Position numbers and translations under genes: made by a program. The notes under the pieces were generated by a model. That model searched no databases and was not told the DNA's origin. It saw nothing but the letters and a program-made list of their open reading frames with translations. Of a stretch of 64,000 nucleotides of DNA, positions 29,739 through 45,750 are shown piece by piece. Each line of letters begins with the position of its first letter. Within the stretch, counting starts at the first letter, position 1. Source of the DNA: the human T2T-CHM13v2.0 reference genome, Homo sapiens; NCBI RefSeq assembly GCF_009914755.1, contig NC_060937.1. One strand, written 5' to 3'.

Positions 29739-31162
29739 GAAAATATATTTTACATACTAGTGAACATAGTTAAATTAATCCATGGTCAAGACATATATTC
29801 TTTTGTAAATTGAGAAATCTCTTTATCATAATTGTAATATGGTAATAAATAAATCTAGATTACATAAATGTAATCTAGATGTTGATAAACTGGTTTTAAA
29901 TAAAGCAAGTGATATCTACGTATGAAGAGAGTTTACTTCAGTTCCTAGAACTTTCCTTCACTTTCCTGCCATCCCTACTTTTAGTAAGCAAGCATTTACT
30001 GTGTGTGTAACACTGTGCTAGGTACTAAGGCAATGATGATACCCAAGATTTGGTCTCTATCCTGAAGATAAGCACAGGAGAAACATTATCAGTCATGATG
30101 CTTTCTGTTGCAAACAAGTGAAAACCTCAGCTCAGCTTAGGTCAGCTCCAGGGCTGGCCAAATCAGAGGCTCATTTATAACACTGAGGATCCAGATTCTT
30201 TTGAAATTCCTCCTGCACCAATATCAGCATTTCTACCTTCTCTGTAGGTTGGCTTGCCTCACGTTACAATGGCTGCAGCAATCAGAAGTGTCACATCCTC
30301 AGTAATACTTAATATTATTACTATTATTTAATAATATTTAGAACTGTGCCATCCCTGTTTCAATTTATCAGGCTCCCAGCAGACTACTCCTTATCTTTCA
30401 AATGTCAAAACTGCATCCTGAGCTCTTGCCTAAACTAATCTGGGGTGAGGTGAATGGAAGTAGCACTTTAATTGTATTCATTCTTTGTAGCTGGACCTGG
30501 GCCTGGGCCCTATCTCCTGACATTTGCCCACAAGAAAGATTTCTGAAGTTAGGTAGGACTGGCTGTTGAGTAGGCCAGTGCTTGCCAAACCTTTACACAT
30601 CCTCACATATGTCATAATATGCAGATAAAAAGATAATCCCTTATACAACTTGCTGGGATAAACTCAGGAGGCTTACAGCCATGACCTGCTTGAAGGTTCT
30701 TCCTGCCTTAGACCTTGCTCAGCTGCTCCAGGATGAGGGGATTTACATCACAGCACAACTGTATTTTATTCACAGCATAAACCATCTCTTTCCTTCTCAG
30801 TTGACGAGTTCAGATGGGCAATAACAGTGTCTGCCAAAGAGAAAAAAAAATGTATTCAAACTAGATAATCTATTGGTACAAATACCGAGACACAGAAGTG
30901 ATAACAGCTTTAAGCCAATGTTTGATGGTGGTAGTCCCAGCAAGCTCTTTTCTGATGTCTTTGTGCCTTTGCACATGCTCCTTCTCTGTCACTGTTTTCT
31001 TCATCAAACATAATATAATGGACAAGTGGAATCAAATAGAATTGAGTTCAAATTCTCTGCTACCCATCGGCCCTGGTATTGGACAAATTAACTCCTCTGA
31101 GCCTGTTTCCTCATCTGCAACGTAGACTAGCTAATACTACCCATTGGAAAGCGTTGTTTCTT

Positions 31163-31328
31163 AGCTAATGCATGCAAGGCTTAAAACCTAGATGACGGGT
31201 TGATAGGTGCAGCAAACCTCCATGGCATACGTATGCCTATGTAACAAACCTACACGTTCTGCACTTGTATCCCGGAACTTAAAGTAAAAAAAAAAAAAAA
31301 AAAAAGAAAGAAAGAAAAAGAAAAAAAA
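31163..31328 (+). mobile_element. Short L1PA 3' end with A-rich tail, inserted in a MIR
   Basis: CTTAAAACCTAGATGACGGGTTGATAGGTGCAGCAAAC..CCCGGAACTTAAAGTAAAA; MIR core on both sides (~31035-31400). Confidence 0.85.
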
Positions 31329-32044
31329 GGCTGTTTCTGGGGATTAAATAAGACAATTATGTAAGGTGGCCAGCACAGTTCCTGGTACATAGTAAATGTC
31401 AGGCCTGCCTGACAGACTTCTATTCAGCAGCTACTGCTCCCCTGAAAATCTTCCTCAGACGTTTCCACGGTGCTTCCCGTTCTTACACCACTACAATCCT
31501 TTATTACACTACTATCCGTTCATTCCCCACAGCTCCCTCCCTTCCTTTCCCTAACCAGTGATCCCAAAAGGCCAGCAAGTGTCTAACATTTTCTATCTTC
31601 TAAGTGACTGGTAAAGTTCCGCACCTATCAGCGCTCCAAGTTTGTTTTTGTTTTGGCCGACTTTGCAAAACGGATTGGGCGGGATGAGAGGTGGGGGGCG
31701 CCGCCCAAGGAGGGAGAGTGGCGCTCCCGCCGAGGGTGCACTAGCCAGATATTCCCTGCGGGGCCCGAGAGTCTTCCCTATCAGACCCCGGGATAGGGAT
31801 GAGGCCCACAGTCACCCACCAGACTCTTTGTATAGCCCCGTTAAGTGCACCCCGGCCTGGAGGGGGTGGTTCTGGGTAGAAGCACGTCCGGGCCGCGCCG
31901 GATGCCTCCTGGAAGGCGCCTGGACCCACGCCAGGTTTCCCAGTTTAATTCCTCATGACTTAGCGTCCCAGCCCGCGCACCGACCAGCGCCCCAGTTCCC
32001 CACAGACGCCGGCGGGCCCGGGAGCCTCGCGGACGTGACGCCGC

Positions 32045-32067
32045 GGGCGGAAGTGACGTTTTCCCGC
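32045..32067 (+). promoter_or_regulatory. RB1: RB1 core promoter cassette: Sp1 / GABP(RBF-1, E4TF1) / ATF-CRE / E2F overlapping sites
   Basis: GGGCGG (32045-50), CGGAAGT (32048-54), GTGACGT (32053-59), TTTTCCCGC (32059-67). G at 32049 (c.-198) and 32058 (c.-189) are the wild-type bases at known low-penetrance mutation sites. Confidence 0.93.
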
Positions 32068-32080
32068 GGTTGGACGCGGC

Positions 32081-32384
<304 letters not shown>

Positions 32385-34321
32385 TGAGCGAGCAGAGCCG
32401 CCGTCGCCTCACGCGGGAAGGGCGCCCCGGGTGTGCGTAGGGCGGGCGCCAAGGCGGCTCGGCGGGGACCCGTCCTCGCCAGGGGCCGGATCCCGGCGGG
32501 AGGAGGCGCCCTCCCTGCCCCCCGCCACGGCGGAGCGTCTGCAGAATGGTGACAGGATTCTGGGTTCTTGGGCGAGGGGTCTCGGCTTCAACTTGACAGG
32601 TGTCGGGCGGGTGGGGCTAGGGTCCTGAGCGAAGTGACAGGTGCAGTTCCCTCTTGTGAGGCTCGGAGGCAGAGGGTCGTTGCGAGCGTCCATCAGACGC
32701 AAAAAATGAAAAATAAAAATACAAAAATGGTGTCTGTGGGAGAGTTTTTCACCGGAGAATTGGAGTACTCCGGTGGTCGTCTGACTTTCTGTTTTGGTTC
32801 ACGCGATGCAACAGTTGGGAAGTATTTTCTTCCGGGCGTGCACTGCATCTGAAGTCCATTTGTGGGAGAGGCCGACCAGAAAGCCTTGGACAAGAAGCGC
32901 AGGGTCCTGAGTGTCCATTGCCCACAGGATACTCGGCTCAGGAGCTTTGCGGCGTTTCCTTAGAACAATAATGCATCGAGGCCTTGGGGACTCAAAGCCA
33001 TCTGTAGTGATTGATGGAGCGTAACTCTTTAGAGGAACTGAAACATGGGCAAAACTTTCATGAGACATTTACCAGAAGTGCTTGAAAGTTTCTAAACTTT
33101 TTTTTTTCCTGTTTGATGAACTCTTCTTGCGTGTTAGTCGGCTTCGGCTTGTCTCATTATTTCTTCCATTTTGCCTTTTGACTTTGAACCAGCAAGGATC
33201 TTGGTGTCCCCTCTTTTTGCCTTTGTTTTTGGCACAAAATTAGTGGTTCTGTGCGCAAATGGAAATTTTCGTTTTCCCTTATTAAGTGGAATCTAAATTT
33301 AAGCAAGTCCATACGAATGCACTAGATCTTGAAGGGAAGTATTTATTGTATTACAACATCTTACTTTTCTTGATTTTTCTACTTTATGGTTAAATAGCTA
33401 TGATTGAAAGAGTGTAATTGTCATTATTGTCAGCACTGGTTCTACTTTGAGACAAGTTCATTGCAGAGGGAATGGGACTTGTTTCTGTTTTTCACTATTT
33501 TCTCTCCCATTCTTGTCTATCACCAAATCCTTTCACCCTCACCCATTTCTTTCCACTCGGTATACACTAACAATTCACGGCAGAAAAGATTGAAGTGGGA
33601 TTTAGGAAATGGCCCCTGGAAGGCTATTAAAAATTTATATATTTAAATGGACTGTCTTATAGGTCAGTTAAAAACCATATTCGTTAAAAAACCAAAATAA
33701 CAACAACAAAAAATTAAAAACCACGTCTGGGGCATGTTCTGGGAAAAGACATGGCTTTAGTTTCTGATTAAATTCTGATGTATCCAATTCTTGCAAATTT
33801 CCCTTGGGAAAATGCAGTAATGGCTACTCTAAAGAATTCCATGTTATGCACACAGCTTTGGAAGCATACTCTAATGTAGGGTAACCAGGAATATTGACGT
33901 TGTGGCCACTGCTTGGAAAAAAGAGGACTGTTTCTTTCATTTTTTAACTCATTTTATATATTTTAAGTAATGGAACTATAAAAAATTCTCTTATAAGTCA
34001 AAACCATACAAGATACAGTCTGTTCTTGATTATCCATACCCACAAAGGGTTTCATTAACATAGACAGTTGAACTCTATAAATTAACCAGCAAGGGTAGAA
34101 CCACTGCCGTGCAGTCTGATACTGAGCATCTTGCCTGGAGATGGAATCAAGGCTCAGTCCAACTGCACCTCCAGTGACAGATTCCATTCCTGATTTGAGA
34201 GTTTAGATCTTATTTCTGTTGCCTTATCTCTGGCCTAAGTAATGTAGCTGGAAGGGAAACTGTCACTAGGAACAGCATACCACATTCATTGTTGAAATAA
34301 TCAAAGGTTAATCATGTTTCG

Positions 34322-34762
34322 AGCTGGGTGTGATGGCGCGTACCTGTAGTCCATGCTACTCAGGAGGCTGAGGCAGGAGGATCACATGAGCTTGGGAGTT
34401 GGAGGCCAGCCTGGGCAACAAAGCAAGACCCCAGTCTTTAAAAAAACAAAAAAGCTGACCAGGCATGTTGGCTCACGCCTGTAATGCCAGCACTTTGGGA
34501 GGCCAAGATGGGAAGATTGCTTGAGGCCAGGAGTTTGAGAGGAGCCTGGGCAACAAAACAAGACCCTGTCTCTAAAACAAATTTTAAAAAATTAGCCAGT
34601 GGCTGTGGCACACCTGTAGGCTCATCTACTCAGGAGGCTGAGGTGGGAGGATCCCTTGAGCCCAGGAGTTTGAGACTGCAGTGAGCCATGATTTCACCAC
34701 TGCACCCCAGCCTGGATGACAGAGTGAAACCCTATTTCAAAACAAGAAAAAAAAACAAAAAC
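34322..34762 (+). mobile_element. Tandem Alu monomer plus AluJ in RB1 intron 1
   Basis: Monomer ~34322-34452 followed by an AluJ-type dimer with GGAGGATCCCTTGAGCCCAGGAG. Confidence 0.85.
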
Positions 34763-35613
34763 TAATTATGTTTTGAAGGAGGAATTGGCAGTCTAGAATA
34801 GTGGTCAAGGGCATGGATTATAGAGTTAGACTGTTGGGCTCACATAGTGGTTTACCTCTTACCGGCTGAGACCTCAGGTAAGTTCTTTAACTTCTCCAAT
34901 TTGACAGACATCTGTAAATGTCTACTTTTACAGATGAGAATACTTATCTAAAAGGGCTGATGTCGGGATTCAGTGAAACCATATGTTTAAGGTACTTTCT
35001 ACAGGATCATAGTAAATACTCAAAAATTATTAATTATTCTTCATACTATTCTTATTAGTAGATAACACATAGAAATTAGATGAATGAAAATGAATTAGCC
35101 AACAAGAATTTATTAAATGCTTGTCTTTGTTAAGGGGAAAGGACAAAAATAAGCAGTCGCATCATGTAAGATGTGCTAGTAGGTAGAGAGATATATGAAA
35201 CATTGATAAGAGAAGACTACAGTTTAACAAAGTCACTGGCGTTGAATTGTATAATATTATCTATGGGTTTTTATCTTTTTGTTGTTATCTTTATCCTATT
35301 TTCCCAAACAGCTTTAGCTATTACATTTACTTTCCTTCACAGAAGTGTTTTCCTGCTTTGAAGTATATTTGACTTACCATGCAAGCAAATATTTTTCACT
35401 GTGTGGTATCCTTATTTTGGAATGACCATGAAAAAGATAATCATATGTTTAAATTTGAAGTGTAATGTTTTTCTAAGATAAAATAAGATCTTAAAGTATT
35501 TAATAATGTTCTTTTTCACAGTAGTGTTATGTGCAAACTATTGAAACAAGTATGTACTGAATCAATTTGATTTATAAGTATATGCCAATTATATGATTAT
35601 TTTCATTTGGTAG

Positions 35614-35740
35614 GCTTGAGTTTGAAGAAACAGAAGAACCTGATTTTACTGCATTATGTCAGAAATTAAAGATACCAGATCATGTCAGAGAGAGAGCTTG
35701 GTTAACTTGGGAGAAAGTTTCATCTGTGGATGGAGTATTG
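35614..35740 (+). CDS. RB1: RB1 exon 2
   Basis: Acceptor TTTCATTTGGTAG|G, 127 nt, donor TTG|GTAAGG. In phase with exon 1; encodes (R)[42 protein letters not shown]. Confidence 0.99.
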
Positions 35741-35806
35741 GTAAGGATTTTCTTAAAACGTTTTGAAATTTTTTTTTCTCATTTTAAAAACAACTTCAAA
35801 TCACTA

Positions 35807-36247
<441 letters not shown>

Positions 36248-36503
36248 CTATTTTAAAGCAGGTCTTAGTTATATTTTATTCACTATGATACAAGGACTTT
36301 TAAAAAAACACCGCCATACCTTATAAAATAATTTTTATACCTTCTAATATGCAATCAGTGTTCAGATTTCCTGACTGACTCAGAATTAGTTTTGTTAGAA
36401 TTCAGGATCTTGAAAATATATTGATATATTCCTTTCATTTTTTCTTTGCGTAAGTATAGATGTATATGTTTAATAAAAGGAGCAAATAATTACTAGAGTT
36501 TTA

Positions 36504-37034
<531 letters not shown>

Positions 37035-39666
37035 TCATTTAAAAATCATTGAGATATGAAATATAAAATCTTTTTTTATGTGTAAAATGTGAAATGTTCA
37101 TTTAACAGATGAAGACACTGAGTAGAGTGAGGTTGAGTAACTTGACCAAGGTCCCTAGGAAATAAGATCTCAAATATAAATTTGAGATTATACATGTAGT
37201 TATGTATAGTTACATGTAGTTACACATAGTTTTGTATTTTCCTGTTTTTTTCTCATATGAGCATTTTCTTATTAAAGTTTTTTTGTAATATAGTTTCTAG
37301 TGATAGTATAATATTTTAGCTAGTGGATGTATTTTAATTTGTTAACTCTTACTGGATATTTGGGTTTTTTCCAACTTTTTGATGCTATAAAATAATGTAA
37401 TAAACATTTGTATTCGTAAGAATAATGCCTGGCACAAAGTGAGTCCTTGATAACTTGTTAAATAAATTAATGAATGAATCTCTGATTATTTTATTAGAAT
37501 AAATTCTTATAAGTTGAATTACTAAATCAAAAGCTATGAACATTTTTATGACTCTTGATGATTATTGCTAGATTACACTTCAGACAGATACTTTTAATGA
37601 ATTTACTTTCTCAACATAGTAGTATAAGAGTATATATCTGTTTTTACTGATCTGATTAACACAGCGGAATGTGTTTATGTATGTCCCATAAGAAAATTGT
37701 TTAAAACCATTAAATAAAATCTCTGGCAGTAAAAAGGAGAAAACAAGTGTCATGATTTCCAAAGAATTGAACATAGTCTCACATTTCTTATGTAAAAAGA
37801 GAGGAATACTGAAGTATCTTGAATGTATGACTTGGGTATTATAATCCCCAGGCATCTAATGTATATTTTAACTGACTTGGGTACCTCATGTACAAAGCTG
37901 TTTTTGTGCATATACAATTAAATGGGATCAGAGCTCCTTCACTTTTCTCTTCCTAAAATACTAGATTTTTAGTGTTCAGAAATTTTGGAAGGGATAGCTG
38001 ATTATAAAGAGCATTAGTGAATATACATACTGTAGTTTTCAATTTATAAGTGCATTGTGTTCCAAATCTGTTTGCAAGTTTGATATAGTAGTTAGGTTTC
38101 CAGCCTAGTTCACATAACTTATTTTTTTTTGTACTAAACTATAACAATAATAGTTTTAACAGTAGAGGCTCTTTTGAGCTTCAGAATTGAATACATATAT
38201 AAGCAAATGTTACTGCTTTATTACCCTTTTTCATCCTGGCTTTGTCTCTACCTTCCCTGGGAACTGGCCCAGTTTGAATCTTATTTCCTAATGGAGCTCA
38301 TAATGGGGACTAGGATGTGTGAAATTATTTATGGCTAGGTACTGGAGGAAGGTAAGAAAGGAATTTCATGTTATTTTTGGGATTTGAGGTGTGCTTTTGA
38401 AGGGTATGATGGAAGATGATGTCCTGTTGTCCTGTTGTAAATCAACAGACTTTTCCTTGAAATATGATTTTAAGTTAGAGTTACGTTTTTGAGGTTTGGC
38501 CTGAGAATTTAACCTTCATTTATATAATAATATCTAAGGGAGAATGTGATACAGTGTGTTCTAAGAAGCAAATGTAATGACAGAATAAATGTGTTTCCAG
38601 TGCAGCTATTCTAGTGGCAGTTGTCTCTCTTCTTTGAAACAAGAGGAGGAATATTGTCAAAAAGGAAACCCTTTTTAACAATAGAAAGTAGGTGATGTTT
38701 ATTGGGATAGAGGATGGGTTAAGAGCAAGGATTAAGAGTCAAACAGATATACCATGTCCGAACTCCATTATCTTGAACATGTTATCTACAATTTTCAAGC
38801 CTTAGTTTTCTTACCTGTAAAAGGGACTGACAGTAATTTCTGGATCTTGGAGTTATGTGCAGATTAAATAAATTAATGCATATAAAGCTCTTATTAGAGT
38901 CAATGAGTATGTATATTAGGTCTTGCAAACAGAATAATTTTACTTAAGAAATACCCCAGAAAATTTTATCATTGATGTATTTTTTTTTAGGAGAACTTAG
39001 GATATCAGTTAAAATGGTTACAATTTTAAATGCATTGTAGTGATTTTGATGTAGTAATGTTTGTTAAAATTCTTATTTTTAAGTACTTTAGCATCAGAAA
39101 AGTTGTTTATGCATACATGAAAGCATATATTAATCCCTTTAAAGGAAAAGTTTGTGGTATTTTGTCTAGAAAAGTGTTTTCTTTTTTTAAAATAAATATT
39201 TAGTAAAGTGTAATAATAAAGATTAGCTTTGTTCATAAGGTTAGATTGTATTTATGCTGATTATAGCATATGAATAGGACTTTCCATTAAGAAATTGGCT
39301 AAGGTGATGTTCATATTGTGACTTAAGGTGAATCAGCTGTTAGAATTTTGGTTTACTTTCTGCATCTTGATTGGTAGTATGGTAGAATGGAAAATGCCTT
39401 GGACCTCAAGGCAGGAAACTTTGGTTGTAATTATATTGTAGCTATATGATTTTAGGCAAATTGGTTAATTCTGTGAGTCTCAGTTTGCTCACCTGTAAGG
39501 CAGAAATAATGCCTGAATGTGAACCTCATAGGCTTTTTGTTATACATACATATATATGTATATGAAATGTATGATATACATATCTCAAAGAGCTTTGGGA
39601 TATATTGCTCTTGATAGAACCACTTACTTATTTTTGTGATATGGTGGTTATATTTTAAATAAATAC

Positions 39667-39920
39667 AGTCATGTGTTGCTTAACAATGGGAACACATCTG
39701 AGAAATGCATCATTAGGTGATTTCATCGTTGTGTGAACATCATAGCATGTACTTACACAAACCTGGATGGTATAGCCTATGACACACCTATGCTGTGTGG
39801 TATATAGCATGTTGCTCCTAGTCTGCAAATGTGTACAGCATGTTACTGTACTGAACATTGTAGGCAATTGTAACACAATGGTAAGTATTTGTATATCTAT
39901 ACATAGAAAAGGTACAGTAG
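39667..39920. mobile_element. Tigger3/Golem (MER7-type) fragment
   Basis: TA|CAGTCATGTGTTGCTTAACAATGGG..TCTGAGAAATGCATCATTAGGTGATTTCATCGTTGTGTGAACATCATAG. Confidence 0.75.
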
Positions 39921-40017
39921 ATCATCCATATCCTTACTGATTTTCTTTCTATGTGTTTTACTAATTATTGAGGGAGAAATATGAAGCCTCCAACTATAAT
40001 TAGAATGGCCCTTTTAA

Positions 40018-40335
<318 letters not shown>

Positions 40336-41579
40336 TTTATTAGTGTATTTTAAAGCTTTATCCTTGGGTACATACAAGTTTAGAATTTTTATGCCTTTTA
40401 GGTAAATTGGTACCTTTATCATTATGTAATGTGCTTTTTTATCCAAATTTATATCTTTTGTTCTGCAGTGTCCACATATCAATTCCACTTTTCTTGTGAT
40501 CACTCTTTACAATGTGTATCGTTTACCTTCATTTTGATTTTAACCTATTTCTTTTTTATATTTAAATGGATTTTTGTTGTTTTGTAATCAGCATTCATTA
40601 AAAATTTTTAGCTGAATACTTTTTACTTTTGTTAGGGTTCCCTGTGTCTCTTCCTTTCATGTTGTGCCACAGATGAGCCATTATTTATATCTTTTCTCTC
40701 ATTGGAGGTTCCTTTTTTTAGGGGAAATTAAATAATCTGAAATATAAGGAAAGGATATGTTGATTTCAAGAAAGGTTGTTTTTGTTCCTTATCTGGCTTG
40801 TTCTTGTTGTGAGGGTGGGAGCAATACTCTTTGCAGCTTTCTGCATTCTAGGAAGAAGTGGAATTTTACACTACCATTTGCTTTCTTTACAGGTTTACCT
40901 TGGTATTCAGTGTCTGTCCATAGGACTAATTAAAACTATACCAGACTCCTTCTATTTTAAACCTATCCGTTCAGTCTCAAGTTATCTTTTTGCATTGCCT
41001 CTCACGTCTGTCCCTTCATTTCTTTTACCAGCAGTGCTTGGTTTTTACTGTTTGCTTTGGTTTTAATTTCCTTTTTATTTTTTTAATTTCAGAAGGTGGA
41101 AGCTTATGTCATTGACTTGAGCATTTTTTATGCATGTTTTAGTGCCTCTTTCTGACTAGTCTCTTCTTTTCTCCATCCAATCCATCCTGTGCCTGATTTT
41201 TAGAAAAGACTGGTGTACAGTTTGCCCCTTTTGCTTTAAAATTTATTTTTCATTGTTACAACCCACTCTCAGTAGCCTCCATTGTAACACCCTCCCATGC
41301 TCCCACCACCATTATGAAGAAGTAAAGTCCAAACTTTCTCAGTATTTGTAGTTCTTCATGGTCTGTGCTTTAACCTTCCTTCCAGTCTTATTTTTTATTT
41401 CCATTGTTGGCCCCCAATGCCTGTGTTCTCTTCCCTTCCATATGAATCTTCCATATGAATATCTTCCATATGAATATGATAGTATTCATATTCATGCGAT
41501 CTCCCCTTTTTTTGGAATACCCTTCTTTTTTCTTTTAGCCTAAATTCTGTTTTTAAGATGCAGTTAAAGCTTCTCCTTT

Positions 41580-42830
<1,251 letters not shown>

Positions 42831-42856
42831 TTTTGGATAAGAGCAGCTAAAATCAG

Positions 42857-43181
<325 letters not shown>

Positions 43182-43274
43182 TTATTTATTATAGTCCTCA
43201 TGTTGTATATTAGATCTCTGGACTTGTTCATCCTATGTATTTGCTACTTCGTATCCTTTGAACTACATCTTTTC

Positions 43275-44360
43275 AAAGGATGAAATTGGGTAATGTGATG
43301 CCTCTAGCTTTGGTCTTTTTGTGTAGGGTTGCCTTGACTATTCGGGCTCTTTTTCAGTTCCATATGAATTTTAAAATAGATTTTTTTTTTCTTTTTCCTA
43401 ATTCTGTGAATAATGTCATTGGTAGTCTGATAGAAACAGCATTGAACCTGTAAATTGCTTTGGGCAGTGTGGCCATTTTAATGATATTGATTCTTCTTAT
43501 CCATGAGCATGGAATGTTTTTCCATTTGTTCGTGTCATCTCTGATTTATTTGAGCTGTGTTTTGTAATTCTTGTAGAGAGCTTTCACCTCCCTAGTTAGC
43601 TGTATTCCTAGATATTTTATTCTTTATTGTGGCTATTGTGAGTGGGTTGCATTCTTGATTTGGCTCTCAGCTTGGGTATTGGTACACAGGAATGCTAGTG
43701 ATTTTTGTACATTGATTTTATATCCTGAAACTTTGCTTATCAGCTGAAGGAACTTTTGATCAGAGACTATGGGATTTTCTAGGTGTAAAATCATCATCTG
43801 CAAACAGGAATAGTTTGACTTCCTTTTTTCTTATTCCGATGCTCTTTATTTCCTTCTCTTGTCTGATTGCTGTGGCTAGGACTTCCAATACCATGTTGAA
43901 TAGGAGTGGTGAGAGAGAGCATCCTTATTTTGTTCTGCCTTTCAAGGGGAATGCTTTCAACTTTTGCCTCTTAAGTATGATGTTGGCTGTGGATTTGTCA
44001 TAGATGGCTCTTATTATTTTGAAGTATGTTCCTTCAATGCCTAGTTTGTTGAGCTATATACCACACTTTCTTTATCCACTAATCGGCTGATGGGCACTTC
44101 AGTTGATTCCATACTTTTGCAGTTGTGAATTGTGCTGCAATAAACAAGTGCAGGTTTCTTTTTGATATTATGACTTCTTTTATTTTGGGTAGATACCCAG
44201 TAGTGGGATTGCTGGATCGAATGGTTGATCTGCTTCTAGTTCTTTGAGAAATCCTCACACTGTTTTCCATAGAGGTTGTGCTAATTTACATTTCCACCAA
44301 CAGTGTATAAGCATTCCCTTTTCACTGCATCCTCGCCAACATCTATTGTTTTTTTACTTT
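43275..44360 (-). mobile_element. L1PB/PA-type ORF2 fragments, host of the PPP1R26 retrocopy (continues at ~49739-50430)
   Basis: L1 text ..CATCCTCGCCAACATCTATTGTTTTTTT breaks at ~44355 and resumes TTTTTTGACTTTTTAATAATG..GGTATCTCATT at ~49739. Confidence 0.85.
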
Positions 44361-45055
44361 ATTTTCCATATAAAAAGGGGTTTATTTAGATGTTAGAATC
44401 ATCTAGTGATTCAGAAAGATTGGACATGAATCCACCCAGGCCCAGGGCTGAGCTGCAGAGCAGCCGCTGACATCCGCGGGGATTTCACATGCAACAGGGA
44501 GCTCTCACGTGCTTGCTGGCCATTGTGCTTTAAATCGTTTTTTCCAGCGGACAGCTGTGACTGCAGTTTTCAAATGTGCTCTGGCCTCCAAGGACCAGGG
44601 GGGCGGTGGGGGGCGGGGGTGTCCTCTGTATAAAAAGTGCTGTCCTGCGAGCTTCCCGACGGACACTTTGGGGCATCTGAGCGATTCCCGGGGAGGGCAG
44701 CTCTGCCTTCCTCAGGCTACCACTGCAGCCACCGACGGACATTCTCACCAGCAATCAACCAAAAAACATCAGAGTCTCTGTGAACTTGGCTGCGATGATA
44801 AGAACCAAATGTTTTCTAATCTAAGACTTGTATGCAGAACACAGGAAATTGCAATTAGGAACACCCTACAAAATTGAACAACAGTATTTTCTAAAAATAT
44901 TTTTTACATCACTTTAAATAATTTACAGAAAGCTACAGAAATCATATTTACCAGGACACATCTGTTAAATAAAAGCATTGTTTCATGTTGGTGTACGTCT
45001 ATACAGGGCTATGTATAACCGACTCCTGTTTCTCCTCCCTGCAACCACAGAACCA

Positions 45056-45056
<1 letters not shown>

Positions 45057-45100
<44 letters not shown>
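45057..45100. repeat. (CA)22 microsatellite, intragenic marker D13S153/RBi2
   Basis: 22 CA units seen directly. Flanks AGCATTGTTTCATGTTGGTG and GGCTTAGACCTTCACTGCTG match the recalled D13S153 primers. Confidence 0.85.
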
Positions 45101-45104
<4 letters not shown>

Positions 45105-45149
45105 TACACGCACAGATACGCTCCTTTCCACAAATGCACGCAAACCGGG

Positions 45150-45750
45150 ACGCAAACCCACAACTCGAGGGCTTAGACCTTCACTGCTGAGCTGCCGCCA
45201 CTGTCCTCCGTGCGCGGAGTGTCGCTGAAGTCACTGGCGTCACTAACCAAGGCGTGCCCGCCCAAGGTGCCCTGGTCCTGGTCGTCCCTATCGATGACCC
45301 TTCGTCAATACCTCAGGTCTAAAATGCTTTCCTCCGAGCCCGAGTTCCTCCTGTCGGGCAAACTCCGCCCTGTCTGTGCCTTGCTGCTTGGCCAGGGCCC
45401 GCCGTCCTTCTTCGCCAGCAAGTGTGGGCTTCCAAAGACAGGGCTGGGCCCGGCCTGGGCCTCCCTGAAGGCAGAGAAGGACGGGCCCTGTGGAGGCAGC
45501 CCCATGTCGGGCTGAAGAGGCTGGCCTGCCTGCCCCCCTGGGAGACACCCTTTCCAAAATGGAAGAGCTGGGTGGACAGCGCGGGGAGAAGCCCACAAGG
45601 GGTAGGCTGGGCAGGCCCCAGGCGGGGCCCTCGGACCCCTTGTCTTTCCCGCTCCCGACGCCCCGCCTCCACTCCGCATCTCTACTTTCCGAGCGCAGCG
45701 CGCACGGGTTCCGGTGGGTGAAGTCGCTCGAGGGCAGGGTGTGGTCAGCC
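45150..45750. promoter_or_regulatory. CpG island within the retrocopy (probably CpG42)
   Basis: High CpG density; position ~13 kb after the ATG fits the described island. Limits approximate. Confidence 0.65.
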
